From Gemmatimonadota bacterium (lineage in GTDB: Bacteria > Gemmatimonadota > Gemmatimonadetes > JACCXV01 > JAHWKZ01), in assembly GCA_035711625.1 (NCBI GenBank), contig DASTCA010000037.1, positions 3,070 through 67,069 of the forward strand: 64,000 nt of DNA. Direction: 5' to 3'. Shown here piece after piece: positions 37,468 through 46,500 of this stretch (positions are counted from its first letter, which is position 1; every line of letters begins with the position of its first letter). The position numbers and the translations under genes were made by a program. Below the pieces are notes generated by a model. That model saw only the letters and a program-made list of their open reading frames with translations. It had not been told where the DNA came from and did not search any database.

Positions 37468-37623
37468 AGGGCGTTGAAAATGGGGGGTACCCACGAAGTG
37501 GGTCCTGCGGGTTTCCGCTCCTCGTGTCTTCCTGCGGTGTACAGATCGTACGCCTCGGAATCCACTCGTCGCGCGCCTCGGGTACCCACCGAAGGTGGGT
37601 GCCGAGCCATTTTGAACGCCCTG
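37468..37623. repeat. 156-bp MITE-like element with 17-bp terminal inverted repeats
   Basis: Left terminal inverted repeat (TIR) CAGGGCGTTGAAAATGG at 37468-37484 and right TIR CCATTTTGAACGCCCTG at 37607-37623 (16/17 complementary). Inside, the palindromic hairpin GGGTACCCAC(C)GAAG(G)TGGGT occurs twice, at 37486-37505 and 37580-37601. The ends are AT-richer than the surroundings. It lies between a stop codon and the symporter RBS. Confidence 0.4.
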
Positions 37624-37652
37624 CAACCTTGACCACCTGCTAGGGAGACGGA

Positions 37653-39416
37653 ATGGAAACCTTCGAGCGGATCGTCGATTACCTGGATGGGATCGTCTGG
37701 GGCACCGGATTCCGCTTCGGCGGTGAGCTCCTGCCGATCGTCGTGATCGCGCTGATCGGGACAGGGGTATGGCTGACTCTATACCTGGGTTTCGTCCAGC
37801 TTCGCCGGCTCGGCCACGGCTTCGCGGTGACGAGCGGCAAGTACGACGACCCCGACGAGCCCGGTGACGTTTCCCATTTTCAGGCCCTGACGACCGCCCT
37901 CTCGGCCACCGTGGGGATCGGGAACATCGCGGGCGTAGCGATTGCGATCCACTGGGGCGGTCCGGGAGCGCTGTTCTGGATGTGGGTAACCGCGTTTCTG
38001 GGGATGGCGACGAAGTTCACGGAAGTCACGCTTGCTCAACATTACCGCAGCGTGACGGGGCCCGATCAGGACCCGACCAAGTGGGAAGGGACGGTGGCGG
38101 GGGGCCCGATGTACTACATCGAGCGCGGGCTGGGTCCCAAGTGGAGGCCGATGGCCATTTTGTTCGCGGTGCTGCTGGGAACCACCGCGTTCATGACCGG
38201 CAACGCAATCCAGGCGAACACGATCGCGGACTCTATGGAAACGACGTACGGGGTGCCGGTCTGGATCACGGGTCTCGTGACCTCGCTCCTCGTCTTCTCG
38301 GTGATCATCGGCGGGATCCGACGGATCGGGAGCGTGACGGCGGTGCTGGCGCCGCTGATGGCGGTCATCTACGTCGCCGGGGCGGCGTTCATCCTGATCG
38401 TCAACTACCAGACCTTCATTCCCAGCCTCGGACTCATCTTCCGCGAGGCGTTCAACCCCACGGCGGGAATCGCGGGAACCGGATTGGGAGTGTTCCTCAC
38501 GACGATGATGTGGGGCGTCCGCCGTGGGCTGTTCTCGAACGAGGCAGGGCAGGGCTCGGCGCCGATCGCCCACGCGGCCGCGAAGACCGACGAGCCGGTG
38601 TCCGAGGGTGTGGTCGCGCTCCTGGAGCCTTTCATCGATACGATCGTGATCTGCACGATGACGGCGCTCGTGATCATCAACACCGGCGTGTGGGACGACA
38701 CGGTCACGACGCAAATCTCGCTGAGTGGCGGCGACATGTCGTACGTGTCCCAGAACGAGCGCGGAGGATACAGCGGTGTCGCGACGCCAGGCGAAGCGCT
38801 CGCGTTCGAGGCCGGCCGACCGACGTCCACCGCGCCAGGTTCCCCGATGATCGCCTGGCATGAGGTCGCGCTGACCGAGCTCTACGAGGATGCGGAGATG
38901 ACGCAGCCGTTCTCGGGCTCGATCGATCCGCGTCGTGGGGTCGCCACTTCCGCGGACGGGGAGGAGTTCACCACGCTCTGGGGTCCGGCGGTGGAGAGCG
39001 GAGCCCCGCTCACGATGCTGGGATTCGAGCACGGGCTTCCGGGTACCTGGGGCGACTTCATCGTGCTCCTGTCGGTCGCCCTGTTCGCGATCTCGACCGC
39101 GATCTCGTGGTCCTACTACGGCGACAGGTGCGCCTATTACCTCTTCGGCAAGAGCGCGATCGTGCCATACAAGGTCGTGTACGTGATCATGCACTTCATC
39201 GGTGCGGTCGTCCCCCTGGCCGCGATCTGGGCGCTCGGTGACGTGTTCCTGGGCGTGGTGATCCTGCCTAACCTGCTGGCGCTCATCCTGCTGTCACCGA
39301 AGGTGAAGGAGTTGACCGATTCCTACTTCGCGCGCAAGCCTTGGATCGAGAACTACGAGGCCCACAAGCGGGCGCGAGAGGAGGTCAAGGCGGGGAAGCG
39401 GAAGTCGGCGCACTGA
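37653..39416 (+). CDS. Sodium:alanine (amino acid) symporter, AGCS family, with ~120-aa hydrophilic insertion
   Basis: RBS AGGGAGA. The GIGNIAGVAIAI and MMWGVRRGLFSNEAGQGSAPIAHAAA AGCS signature blocks are present. At 587 aa it is longer than the usual ~480 aa because of an insertion at residues ~335-465. Confidence 0.85.
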   Translation: METFERIVDYLDGIVWGTGFRFGGELLPIVVIALIGTGVWLTLYLGFVQLRRLGHGFAVTSGKYDDPDEPGDVSHFQALTTALSATVGIGNIAGVAIAIHWGGPGALFWMWVTAFLGMATKFTEVTLAQHYRSVTGPDQDPTKWEGTVAGGPMYYIERGLGPKWRPMAILFAVLLGTTAFMTGNAIQANTIADSMETTYGVPVWITGLVTSLLVFSVIIGGIRRIGSVTAVLAPLMAVIYVAGAAFILIVNYQTFIPSLGLIFREAFNPTAGIAGTGLGVFLTTMMWGVRRGLFSNEAGQGSAPIAHAAAKTDEPVSEGVVALLEPFIDTIVICTMTALVIINTGVWDDTVTTQISLSGGDMSYVSQNERGGYSGVATPGEALAFEAGRPTSTAPGSPMIAWHEVALTELYEDAEMTQPFSGSIDPRRGVATSADGEEFTTLWGPAVESGAPLTMLGFEHGLPGTWGDFIVLLSVALFAISTAISWSYYGDRCAYYLFGKSAIVPYKVVYVIMHFIGAVVPLAAIWALGDVFLGVVILPNLLALILLSPKVKELTDSYFARKPWIENYEAHKRAREEVKAGKRKSAH

Positions 39417-39449
39417 GCCGTCGTCGACGATTCGATAGCCTGCGGTTCG

Positions 39450-41039
39450 TCAGCGAGAGGCGGGCCGCGGGGCGCGGCTCTCCATCCATGCCGCGCGCAG
39501 GGCTGCCTGCTCAGCCGTCGGGTTCTCCCGGACCGTGAAGCTCGGCCCCGCGGGGTCATAGTCGATCCCCAGCTTGCCGTAGTACTCGGCGATGGGGAGC
39601 GGCTCGGCGGCGACGACGTACTTCTGCAGGAAATCGCCGATCTCGGGAAACGTCAGCTCTACGACCACCTGGTGGAAGCTGGCGTCGTCGAACGGCTGGC
39701 TCTTGCCGTACCGATCCATGAGGGCGAGCAGCAGGTCCTGCAGGTCCATCTCGCCGCTCGAGAGCTCCAGCAGCCGGATGTCCAGGAGCCCAGCCACCAG
39801 CGCACCCCGCATGTAGATGTTCCCGTACTGCGCCTGCCCCTCGTCACCATAGGACGTCAGCGCCAGCCTCTCGAGCGGATAGGTCGGATCGAACTGGGAC
39901 CGGTCGGCGGCGATCTTCTGCGCCATCTCCACGAGATACGCGTCCAGCGGCTTGAGCCCCGCGCGGAGCTGCACCATGTGCGAGCCCCACTCGGTGACGC
40001 CCTCGTACAGCCACAGATGGCGCGACGGAACAGGGGTCTCGAAATCGAAGTGCTCGATGATCTCGCTATGGATGTTCAGCGGTGTCACGATGTGCAGGAA
40101 CTCGTGCGCCGCTATGTCCGTGATCGCGTCGCCGTAGGCTCCCGACCACGGCGCCTCAGGCAGCACGTATTCGCTCGAGTAGGAGTGCTCCCAGGCGCCG
40201 TACGCGACGCCCTGCTTGGGAGGGTCCTCGAAGTGATAGAGGAAGACGTAGCGGTCGACCGGCAACCCGCCGAGGAAGTCCGCGGACGCGTTCAGCATCG
40301 CCGCCATCGACTCGAGCAGCATGTCGGAGCGGATCTCGCCCGTTTTCGCGTACGTATAGATCTCGACCGACGCGCCGCCAACATCGGTTCTCGCGACCGT
40401 CAGCGTGCTGCCCGCGAGGATCGGCGAGTCGACGAGGAAGTCGTAGTCCTCGGCGACGTAGCTCCCCGATGCGTCCTTCTGGAGGGCGGTACCCACCGTC
40501 CACCCCTCGGGGACGGACAGCTCGAGCCGGACGGGCGCGTCCTGCATGCCGGTCGGGAACGCGAGCACCGCGTGGGCGTTGAAGAGCATGTGGTCGGCCT
40601 CGATCGAGGTGCCCGCCATGGGATAGACCGGGTGCTCCTCGACCGGCGTGTCAAATGTCTCCGCGATGCGATACGCGATCTCGCGCGCGTCCGCAGGAGC
40701 GCTGATCCGCCACTGGTTCGTCGAGACGCGCTCGACGGGAATCTCCCGACCCGCTGCGTCGGTCACCCGTAGATCCTCGACGAAGCGGCCCACGTCCATG
40801 ATCTGGTAGGTTCCCGGAGCGGTGGCGGCGAACTGGAGCACAGCGCTCTCTTCCGTCAGACCGTCAACGGTGAGCACGACCCGAAACCGGTCGTCCATCT
40901 GATCGCCGAGCTCCACACGGTAGCGGAGCTCGGTCGAGGCGGGCGGGATGGACTGGGCCGCCAGAGGCGCAGCGAGCGCCGTCAGAGTGGAGGCGAGCGC
41001 GAGCGCCGATACAAGGGCGCGCAGGCGGCGGATCGTCAT
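39450..41039 (-). CDS. M61 family glycyl aminopeptidase-like zinc metallopeptidase (secreted)
   Basis: Signal peptide, the HEFLH zinc motif with a downstream E, and a C-terminal PDZ-like tail. The start is ATG at 41039. Confidence 0.7.
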   Translation of the reverse strand: MTIRRLRALVSALALASTLTALAAPLAAQSIPPASTELRYRVELGDQMDDRFRVVLTVDGLTEESAVLQFAATAPGTYQIMDVGRFVEDLRVTDAAGREIPVERVSTNQWRISAPADAREIAYRIAETFDTPVEEHPVYPMAGTSIEADHMLFNAHAVLAFPTGMQDAPVRLELSVPEGWTVGTALQKDASGSYVAEDYDFLVDSPILAGSTLTVARTDVGGASVEIYTYAKTGEIRSDMLLESMAAMLNASADFLGGLPVDRYVFLYHFEDPPKQGVAYGAWEHSYSSEYVLPEAPWSGAYGDAITDIAAHEFLHIVTPLNIHSEIIEHFDFETPVPSRHLWLYEGVTEWGSHMVQLRAGLKPLDAYLVEMAQKIAADRSQFDPTYPLERLALTSYGDEGQAQYGNIYMRGALVAGLLDIRLLELSSGEMDLQDLLLALMDRYGKSQPFDDASFHQVVVELTFPEIGDFLQKYVVAAEPLPIAEYYGKLGIDYDPAGPSFTVRENPTAEQAALRAAWMESRAPRPASR

Positions 41040-41144
41040 GGCGGAGCTCCTTGATGGATGGTACGGCGATAGCTGTGGATTCGAACGACAGACGCTTCGA
41101 AGGCGCCCTACGTTCATCCGGAATTGGCCAATCCCGGGCTTCCG

Positions 41145-41687
41145 ATGCACTATACGCGAATGAGGACCCTACCGCTCGCAACGCTGCACAGGGTCCTGGC
41201 AGCCTCGATCCTGACGTTCGCGGCGGCATGCGCCGAGGAGCCACGGGACCCGGCCTCCACGCGCGGGCCCGGCCCATCGACGGCAGCTTCGGGTGCGGGG
41301 ACTCTCGACCTCGAGGCCGACGTCGCCGTCATGGAGTCGTTCCCGGTCCAGCTGCGCGGCACGCTCCGGGTCACCAATCCGTCCGATGGGCCCGTCTCCT
41401 TCGACGTAGGCGGGTGCCCGGTCTTCCTGCGAGTCTACGACGCCGATGGCGCGCCGGTCTGGGACCAGGGAGACGGGGCGATCTGCACGATGATCCTCCG
41501 TACCGTTAGACTCGAGTCGGGCGGCGCCGAGACCTTCGATACGGGTACCGCCAGCGCCGCCGACATCCTCGGGGAGGATCGACCCGACGGCGCGTACCGC
41601 GTGGTGGTGTACCTCGCGCTCGTGTCCGGTGGCCAGCCCGAAGCGGACGCCGGAGAAGTGTCGCTGGCGATCCCGCGAGAACCATGA
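41145..41687 (+). CDS. Hypothetical lipoprotein
   Basis: Signal peptide with lipobox FAAACA. The beta-rich, Gly/Asp-rich body is BsuPI-like in appearance only. The start is ambiguous (TTG 41124, ATG 41145 or ATG 41160). Confidence 0.4.
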   Translation: MHYTRMRTLPLATLHRVLAASILTFAAACAEEPRDPASTRGPGPSTAASGAGTLDLEADVAVMESFPVQLRGTLRVTNPSDGPVSFDVGGCPVFLRVYDADGAPVWDQGDGAICTMILRTVRLESGGAETFDTGTASAADILGEDRPDGAYRVVVYLALVSGGQPEADAGEVSLAIPREP

Positions 41688-42163
41688 AGCGATTACTCGT
41701 CTCGCTCGCTCCACTCTCATTGCTTGCAACGGCCATCGCGATACCCGCTAGCGCACAGGTCGCGGACTCCGCAGCCGCTGCGGCAGCGATCGCGGAATCC
41801 GCCAGCGCCTTCAGCCGCGCGCTCGAGCGAGGCGACGCCGCCGGGATGGCCTCCCAGTACGTGGACGACGCGACGCTGATCCCCCCGAGCGGCCGGCTCG
41901 TCACCGGGCGCGACGCGATCCTGGCTTTCTGGACGCCGCGGAACCCCGACTTCCGAACTCTCGAGCACTCGCTGACGACGGACCGACTTGTGATCACCGG
42001 GGACGTTGCCATGGAGGTCGGGACCTGGAGACAGCAGGGGCAACTCCGCGAGGAGGCTCCGATCGAGTCCGCCGGGCGGTACCTGGTCGTTTGGCGACGG
42101 CAGGCGGACGGCACCTGGAGAATGCAGTTCGACAGCTGGACGGCGCCGTTCCCGGAGGACTGA
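41684..42163 (+). CDS. SnoaL-like / DUF4440 secreted protein (paralogue of 4524)
   Basis: ATGA overlap with the upstream gene and a signal peptide. YLVVWRRQADGTWRMQFDSWT matches FIVVWKRGADGTWRIHADGYS of the gene at 4524. Confidence 0.6.
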   Translation: MKRLLVSLAPLSLLATAIAIPASAQVADSAAAAAAIAESASAFSRALERGDAAGMASQYVDDATLIPPSGRLVTGRDAILAFWTPRNPDFRTLEHSLTTDRLVITGDVAMEVGTWRQQGQLREEAPIESAGRYLVVWRRQADGTWRMQFDSWTAPFPED

Positions 42164-42272
42164 GGTGTGACCGGGGCCCCGGGGGCAGCGGCGCGCGGGT
42201 CGTCCGGTTATCTTGAAAGGCCGTTCGTTCGCCAGCCCCTGCGCCACCCCCGTCAGAAGGAGTCCACCCAGG

Positions 42273-42665
42273 ATGCTCCGGGTCAGGCACGTATGGGTCT
42301 GCGCGTTGACAGTAACTCTCGTGACGTCGTGCGGTATTCGCCAGAACGAACGCTCGGATCGGGTCCGTTCCGGTCCCAGCGAAGAGGTTTTCCTCCGGGA
42401 AGGCCAGTCCGCCTCTCTCCTCGAGAACCAAGTATCGGTCACGCTCGTCGACGTCGAACCCGGGAACCGGATCGCCGAGGTCACGATCCGACTGGCGACA
42501 TCCGACGGGACGTCCAACGTCGGAACCGTAGAGGTCGTGCGGAACCAGAACTTCTCCGAAGCGCTGCGTCTGGAGCCGTACGCCGCCAGGGTGGTCGAAT
42601 ACCCGGGCGTCGACTCCGCCACGCTGGTCGTCACTCGGGAAGCTCCCGGGGCGGCTCCCGACTGA
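42273..42665 (+). CDS. Hypothetical small lipoprotein
   Basis: RBS GAAGGAG 10 nt upstream. Lipobox LVTSCG followed by a beta-rich body. Confidence 0.35.
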   Translation: MLRVRHVWVCALTVTLVTSCGIRQNERSDRVRSGPSEEVFLREGQSASLLENQVSVTLVDVEPGNRIAEVTIRLATSDGTSNVGTVEVVRNQNFSEALRLEPYAARVVEYPGVDSATLVVTREAPGAAPD

Positions 42666-42693
42666 TCCGCCAAGCGGGGCGACGGCTCCGAAT

Positions 42694-44016
42694 GTGAAGA
42701 TCCCCGAGATCCTCCTGGTCGAGACCGAGCACAAGCCGGGCAGCCTCGCCCGCGTGCTCCAGGTCGTGGGCGAGTCGGGGCTCCTGATCGAGAATCTCAA
42801 CGCCGTTCGCCGAGACCAGCATCGGACTGTCTGGGAGCTCACGCTCGAGTTCGACGAGGCGGTCGACACGACGCTGATCGACCGCATCGACGGACTGCCG
42901 GGGACTCGGGTGATCGGCAAGTCGGATCGTGTGTTCGACCGTCATCGAGGTGGAAAGATCGAGATGGTCGCCAAAGTCCCGCTCACCTCCGTGCAGCAGC
43001 TGAGGGACATCTACACCCCTGGCGTGGCGCGCGTCTGCCTCTCGATCCGCGACGATCCCCGGCTGGCGCGCGAATACACCAACATCGGGAACACGGTGGC
43101 CGTGGTCACGAACGGGACCGCGATCCTGGGTCTCGGGAACATCGGTCCGCTGGCGGGGCTCCCGGTCATGGAGGGGAAGGCGGCGCTGTTCTGGCACCTG
43201 GCAGGGATCTCCGGCGTTCCGATCCTGATCGACGAAACCGACCCGGCTCGCCTGGCCGAGGTCGTAGCCGCGATCGCGCCCGGGTTCGGCGCGATTCAGC
43301 TCGAGGACATCGCCGCCCCTGCGTGCTTCGAGGTCGAGGACGACCTGCGCCGACGGCTCGATCGGCCCGTCCTCCACGATGACCAGCACGCGACCGCGGT
43401 GGTGACGCTGGCGGCACTCTTCAAAGCCACCCGTCAGATCGGCCGGGAGCTGGGCGAATGCGTGGTCGGTCAGATCGGGCTGGGCGCCGCGGGCATGGGG
43501 ATCGCACAGCTCCTGCTTCGCAAGGGGGTTCGCGAGTCGCTCGGAACGGACGTCGACGAGCGGGCGTACGCACGATTCGAATCGCTGGGCGGGCGCCGAT
43601 CCACGCTCGAAGAGATCATGCGGACCGCAGACATCGTGATCGCCACTACGGGGAGAAGAGGCCTGATCCCGCCGACCGCGGTTCGCGCCGGCCAGATCGT
43701 CCTCGCGCTCACGAACCCCGATCCCGAGATCGAGCCCGTCGTGGCGATCGCCCACGGAGCGGCTGTCGCGGCGGACGGCAAATCGGTCAACAACGTGAGT
43801 GTGTTCCCGGGACTCTTCCGCGGCGCGCTCGACGCGCGTGCGCCCCGATTCACCGCTGCGATGCTGATCGCCGCTGCCGAGACGCTGGCTGCCGAGGCGC
43901 CGGAGGACCAGCTCGTCCCCGACCCTCTGGATCGCGAGGCCCACCTCGCCGTGGCCGAAGCGGTTCGCCGCGCGGCGGAGGAAGCCGTCCTCGCCGGCGA
44001 CGCGATGCCCGCGTAG
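42694..44016 (+). CDS. NAD(P)-dependent malic enzyme with N-terminal ACT domain
   Basis: N-terminal ACT-like ~75 aa, then malic-enzyme motifs: YTPGVARVC, NGTAILGLGNIGP and GLGAAGMGIA NAD-binding. GTG start. Confidence 0.85.
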   Translation: MKIPEILLVETEHKPGSLARVLQVVGESGLLIENLNAVRRDQHRTVWELTLEFDEAVDTTLIDRIDGLPGTRVIGKSDRVFDRHRGGKIEMVAKVPLTSVQQLRDIYTPGVARVCLSIRDDPRLAREYTNIGNTVAVVTNGTAILGLGNIGPLAGLPVMEGKAALFWHLAGISGVPILIDETDPARLAEVVAAIAPGFGAIQLEDIAAPACFEVEDDLRRRLDRPVLHDDQHATAVVTLAALFKATRQIGRELGECVVGQIGLGAAGMGIAQLLLRKGVRESLGTDVDERAYARFESLGGRRSTLEEIMRTADIVIATTGRRGLIPPTAVRAGQIVLALTNPDPEIEPVVAIAHGAAVAADGKSVNNVSVFPGLFRGALDARAPRFTAAMLIAAAETLAAEAPEDQLVPDPLDREAHLAVAEAVRRAAEEAVLAGDAMPA

Positions 44017-44061
44017 CTTGGCGCCCGAAACCCGAACCGCAATCGGAGGCAGATTCCCCGC

Positions 44062-45135
44062 ATGAGCGATTCGCCGACGACCGTCGGGGCCCCGGAGATC
44101 GTGGCGCCTGAAGGGCTTCCGCTCGAGCCCGCGAGGCTCCTGGATCTCTACTGGTACATGCTGCTCAATCGGCGACTCGAAGAGCGGCTGGTGAATCTCT
44201 ATCGCCAGGGGAAGGTCGTGGGAGGCGTGTACCGCTCGCTCGGCCAGGAGGCCGAGTCGGTCGGGACGGCGTACGCGCTGGAACCACGGGACTACGTCAG
44301 CCCGCTGATCCGGAACCTGGGCTCGATTCTCGTCAAGGGCGCGGAGCCGGTCGACATCCTGAAACAGTACATGGCCAAGGGGACCGGCCCATCGAAGGGG
44401 AAGGACCTCAACATCCACTTCGGAGACCTGTCGAAGGGTTTTATCGGTCCCGTCTCGATGCTCGGCGACATGATCCCGGTGATGGGCGGAGTGGCTCTCG
44501 GCAACCGCATGCAGGGCAGGGATTCAGTTTGCCTGGTGTACATCGGAGACGGCGGGTTCTCGACCGGCGCCGCGCATGAGGGGTGGAACTTCATTTGTGC
44601 CCAGCGCCTGCCGGTGATCCTCGTAGCCGAGGACAATTGCTACGCTTATTCCACGCCGACCGAGAAGCAGATGGGAAATCGCAACATGGTCGACCGCGCG
44701 CTGGGATATGGATGCGCCGGTGTGCAGGTAGACGGGAACGACGTTCTGGCCTGCTGGGACGCCGCGCGCGAAGCGGTAGGGAGAGCGCGGTCGGGGAAAG
44801 GCCCCACATTGATCGAGGTCAAGACCTACCGCCGCAAAGGCCATGCCGAGCACGACGATCAGCGCTATGTCTCGAAAGAGGAGCTTCAGACTTGGGAATC
44901 CCGGGACCCGGTGACGCGCTACGAGCAGTGGCTCCTGTCTCAGGAGGTCGTCGACCGGGAGCAACTCGAGCAGATCGACGCCCGTATCAAGCGAAAGCTC
45001 GATGCCGCAGTGGACGAGGCCGAGAACGCGCCGATGCCCGAGCCACGAACTGCCCTGGACGACGTTTGGTCGACTCCGCGCTGGCCTCACGCGAATCCCA
45101 ATTATCACGACTTCACAAAGGAAATAGTGAAATGA
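44062..45135 (+). CDS. 2-oxo acid dehydrogenase E1 component alpha subunit (TPP-dependent; PDH/BCKDH family)
   Basis: TPP-binding YIGDGGFSTGAAHEGWNFICAQRLPVILVAEDNCYA and a YR..GH.E.DD phosphorylation-loop-like region. Confidence 0.85.
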   Translation: MSDSPTTVGAPEIVAPEGLPLEPARLLDLYWYMLLNRRLEERLVNLYRQGKVVGGVYRSLGQEAESVGTAYALEPRDYVSPLIRNLGSILVKGAEPVDILKQYMAKGTGPSKGKDLNIHFGDLSKGFIGPVSMLGDMIPVMGGVALGNRMQGRDSVCLVYIGDGGFSTGAAHEGWNFICAQRLPVILVAEDNCYAYSTPTEKQMGNRNMVDRALGYGCAGVQVDGNDVLACWDAAREAVGRARSGKGPTLIEVKTYRRKGHAEHDDQRYVSKEELQTWESRDPVTRYEQWLLSQEVVDREQLEQIDARIKRKLDAAVDEAENAPMPEPRTALDDVWSTPRWPHANPNYHDFTKEIVK

Positions 45136-45491
45136 TCCCGATTTCGCGTGTGCTGGTGCCCGCGCTATCGCTAGTGGTCTGCGCGTGCGCTTCGGTGAAC
45201 GATCGCGAAGAGGAATACGGTGGGACCCCTGGCGACACGATCTGGCGGCAAGAAATAGAATTGCTCGAAGGTCAGGTCGCGCACATCGACAGCCGCGCGC
45301 TCTCGATCTATCTCGTGGACACGGCAGTGGACTCAGCCGTCATAACGCTAACTCAGGCCGGAGTCGAGCGTACGGCTACGCTGCGCACCGGCTTGGCCGG
45401 AGAGGAGACCATGCCACCCTACATCGTGCGGCTCGTGTACACAGGCGTGAACGGCAGCGCCACCATCGAGGTCGCGAAGTTCCGCCAGTGA
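45132..45491 (+). CDS. Small lipoprotein inserted between E1alpha and E1beta
   Basis: ATGA overlap with the E1alpha stop and GTGA overlap with the E1beta start. Signal peptide with lipobox VVCACAS. 119 aa. Confidence 0.45.
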   Translation: MIPISRVLVPALSLVVCACASVNDREEEYGGTPGDTIWRQEIELLEGQVAHIDSRALSIYLVDTAVDSAVITLTQAGVERTATLRTGLAGEETMPPYIVRLVYTGVNGSATIEVAKFRQ

Positions 45492-46480
45492 GCGCGCCGG
45501 AGAGAGGCGGGACGACGACTTACCTGGAGGCGATCCGTCAGGGCCTGTGGGAGGAGATGGAGGGGGACGATCGCGTTTTCCTCCTGGGCGAGGACGTGGG
45601 CGTGTACGGGGGAGCGTTCAAGGTCACTGACGGATTCCTCGAGCGCTTCGGCGAAGGGCGCGTGGTCGACACTCCGATCTCGGAGGCGGCGATCGTGGGG
45701 GCCTCTGTGGGCGCGGCGATGATGGGCCTTCGGCCCGTGGCCGAGATGCAGTTCATCGACTTCATCAGCTGCGGATTCGACCAACTCACGAATGTCGCTG
45801 CGAAGAACCGCTATCGGTGGGGGCAGGGAACCCCGATCGTCGTGCGCGGACCCGCAGGTGGGGGCGTGCACGGTGGGCCGTTTCACTCGCTGCAGGCAGA
45901 GTCGTACTTCGCCCATACCGCGGGCCTCAAGGTGGTTTGCCCCGCGACCCCGTACGATGCGAAGGGGCTGATCAAGGCGGCCATCCGGGACGACGACCCG
46001 GTCGTGTTCCAGGAGCACAAGTTCCTCTACCGTCGGATCAAGGAAGACCTGCCAGCCGAGGATTTCGTCGTGCCGCTCGGGAAGGCGCGGATCCACCGGG
46101 AAGGGAAGGACCTCTCGATCCTCACGTGGGCGGCCATGGTCCACACGGCGACCGAAGCCGCCGAGGCGCTGGCCGCGGACGGGGTCGAGGTCGAGATCGT
46201 GGACCTCCGGACGCTGGTACCCCTCGACGAGGAGGCGGTCCTGCGCTCGGTCGCCAAGACGAGCCGTGCCATCGTGCTCCACGAGGCGCCCCGAACCGGC
46301 GGCTTCGGAGGCGAGATCGCTGCCACCATCGCAGAGAAAGCGTTCGAGTACCTGGATGCGCCGATCCTCCGGGTGACCGCCCCGGACACGCCGGTGCCGT
46401 ACAGTCCGCCGCTCGAGGAGTACTACCTGCCCGGAAAGGACGATCTGCTGGAAGCCGCTCGCAAGCTGCTCGACTACTAG
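45488..46480 (+). CDS. 2-oxo acid dehydrogenase E1 component beta subunit
   Basis: Transketolase-like pyrimidine-binding motifs: VFLLGEDVGVYGGAFKVT, DTPISEAAIVGASVGAAMMGLRPVAEMQF and HSQ. Confidence 0.85.
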   Translation: MSAPERGGTTTYLEAIRQGLWEEMEGDDRVFLLGEDVGVYGGAFKVTDGFLERFGEGRVVDTPISEAAIVGASVGAAMMGLRPVAEMQFIDFISCGFDQLTNVAAKNRYRWGQGTPIVVRGPAGGGVHGGPFHSLQAESYFAHTAGLKVVCPATPYDAKGLIKAAIRDDDPVVFQEHKFLYRRIKEDLPAEDFVVPLGKARIHREGKDLSILTWAAMVHTATEAAEALAADGVEVEIVDLRTLVPLDEEAVLRSVAKTSRAIVLHEAPRTGGFGGEIAATIAEKAFEYLDAPILRVTAPDTPVPYSPPLEEYYLPGKDDLLEAARKLLDY

Positions 46481-46500
46481 CCAGCCGAACGGAGGGGCCG

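Noticed and set aside
37468-37623. Possible glycine riboswitch upstream of the AGCS sodium:alanine symporter
   Set aside because: Although CACCGAAGG occurs, the element lacks the conserved GGAGAG and ACCGAAGGGGCAA aptamer blocks and tandem-aptamer architecture. Its symmetry fits an inverted-repeat element better.
42631-44418. 595-aa antisense ORF across the malic-enzyme and E1alpha genes
   Set aside because: Antisense to two genes with strong family motifs; composition is artefactual.
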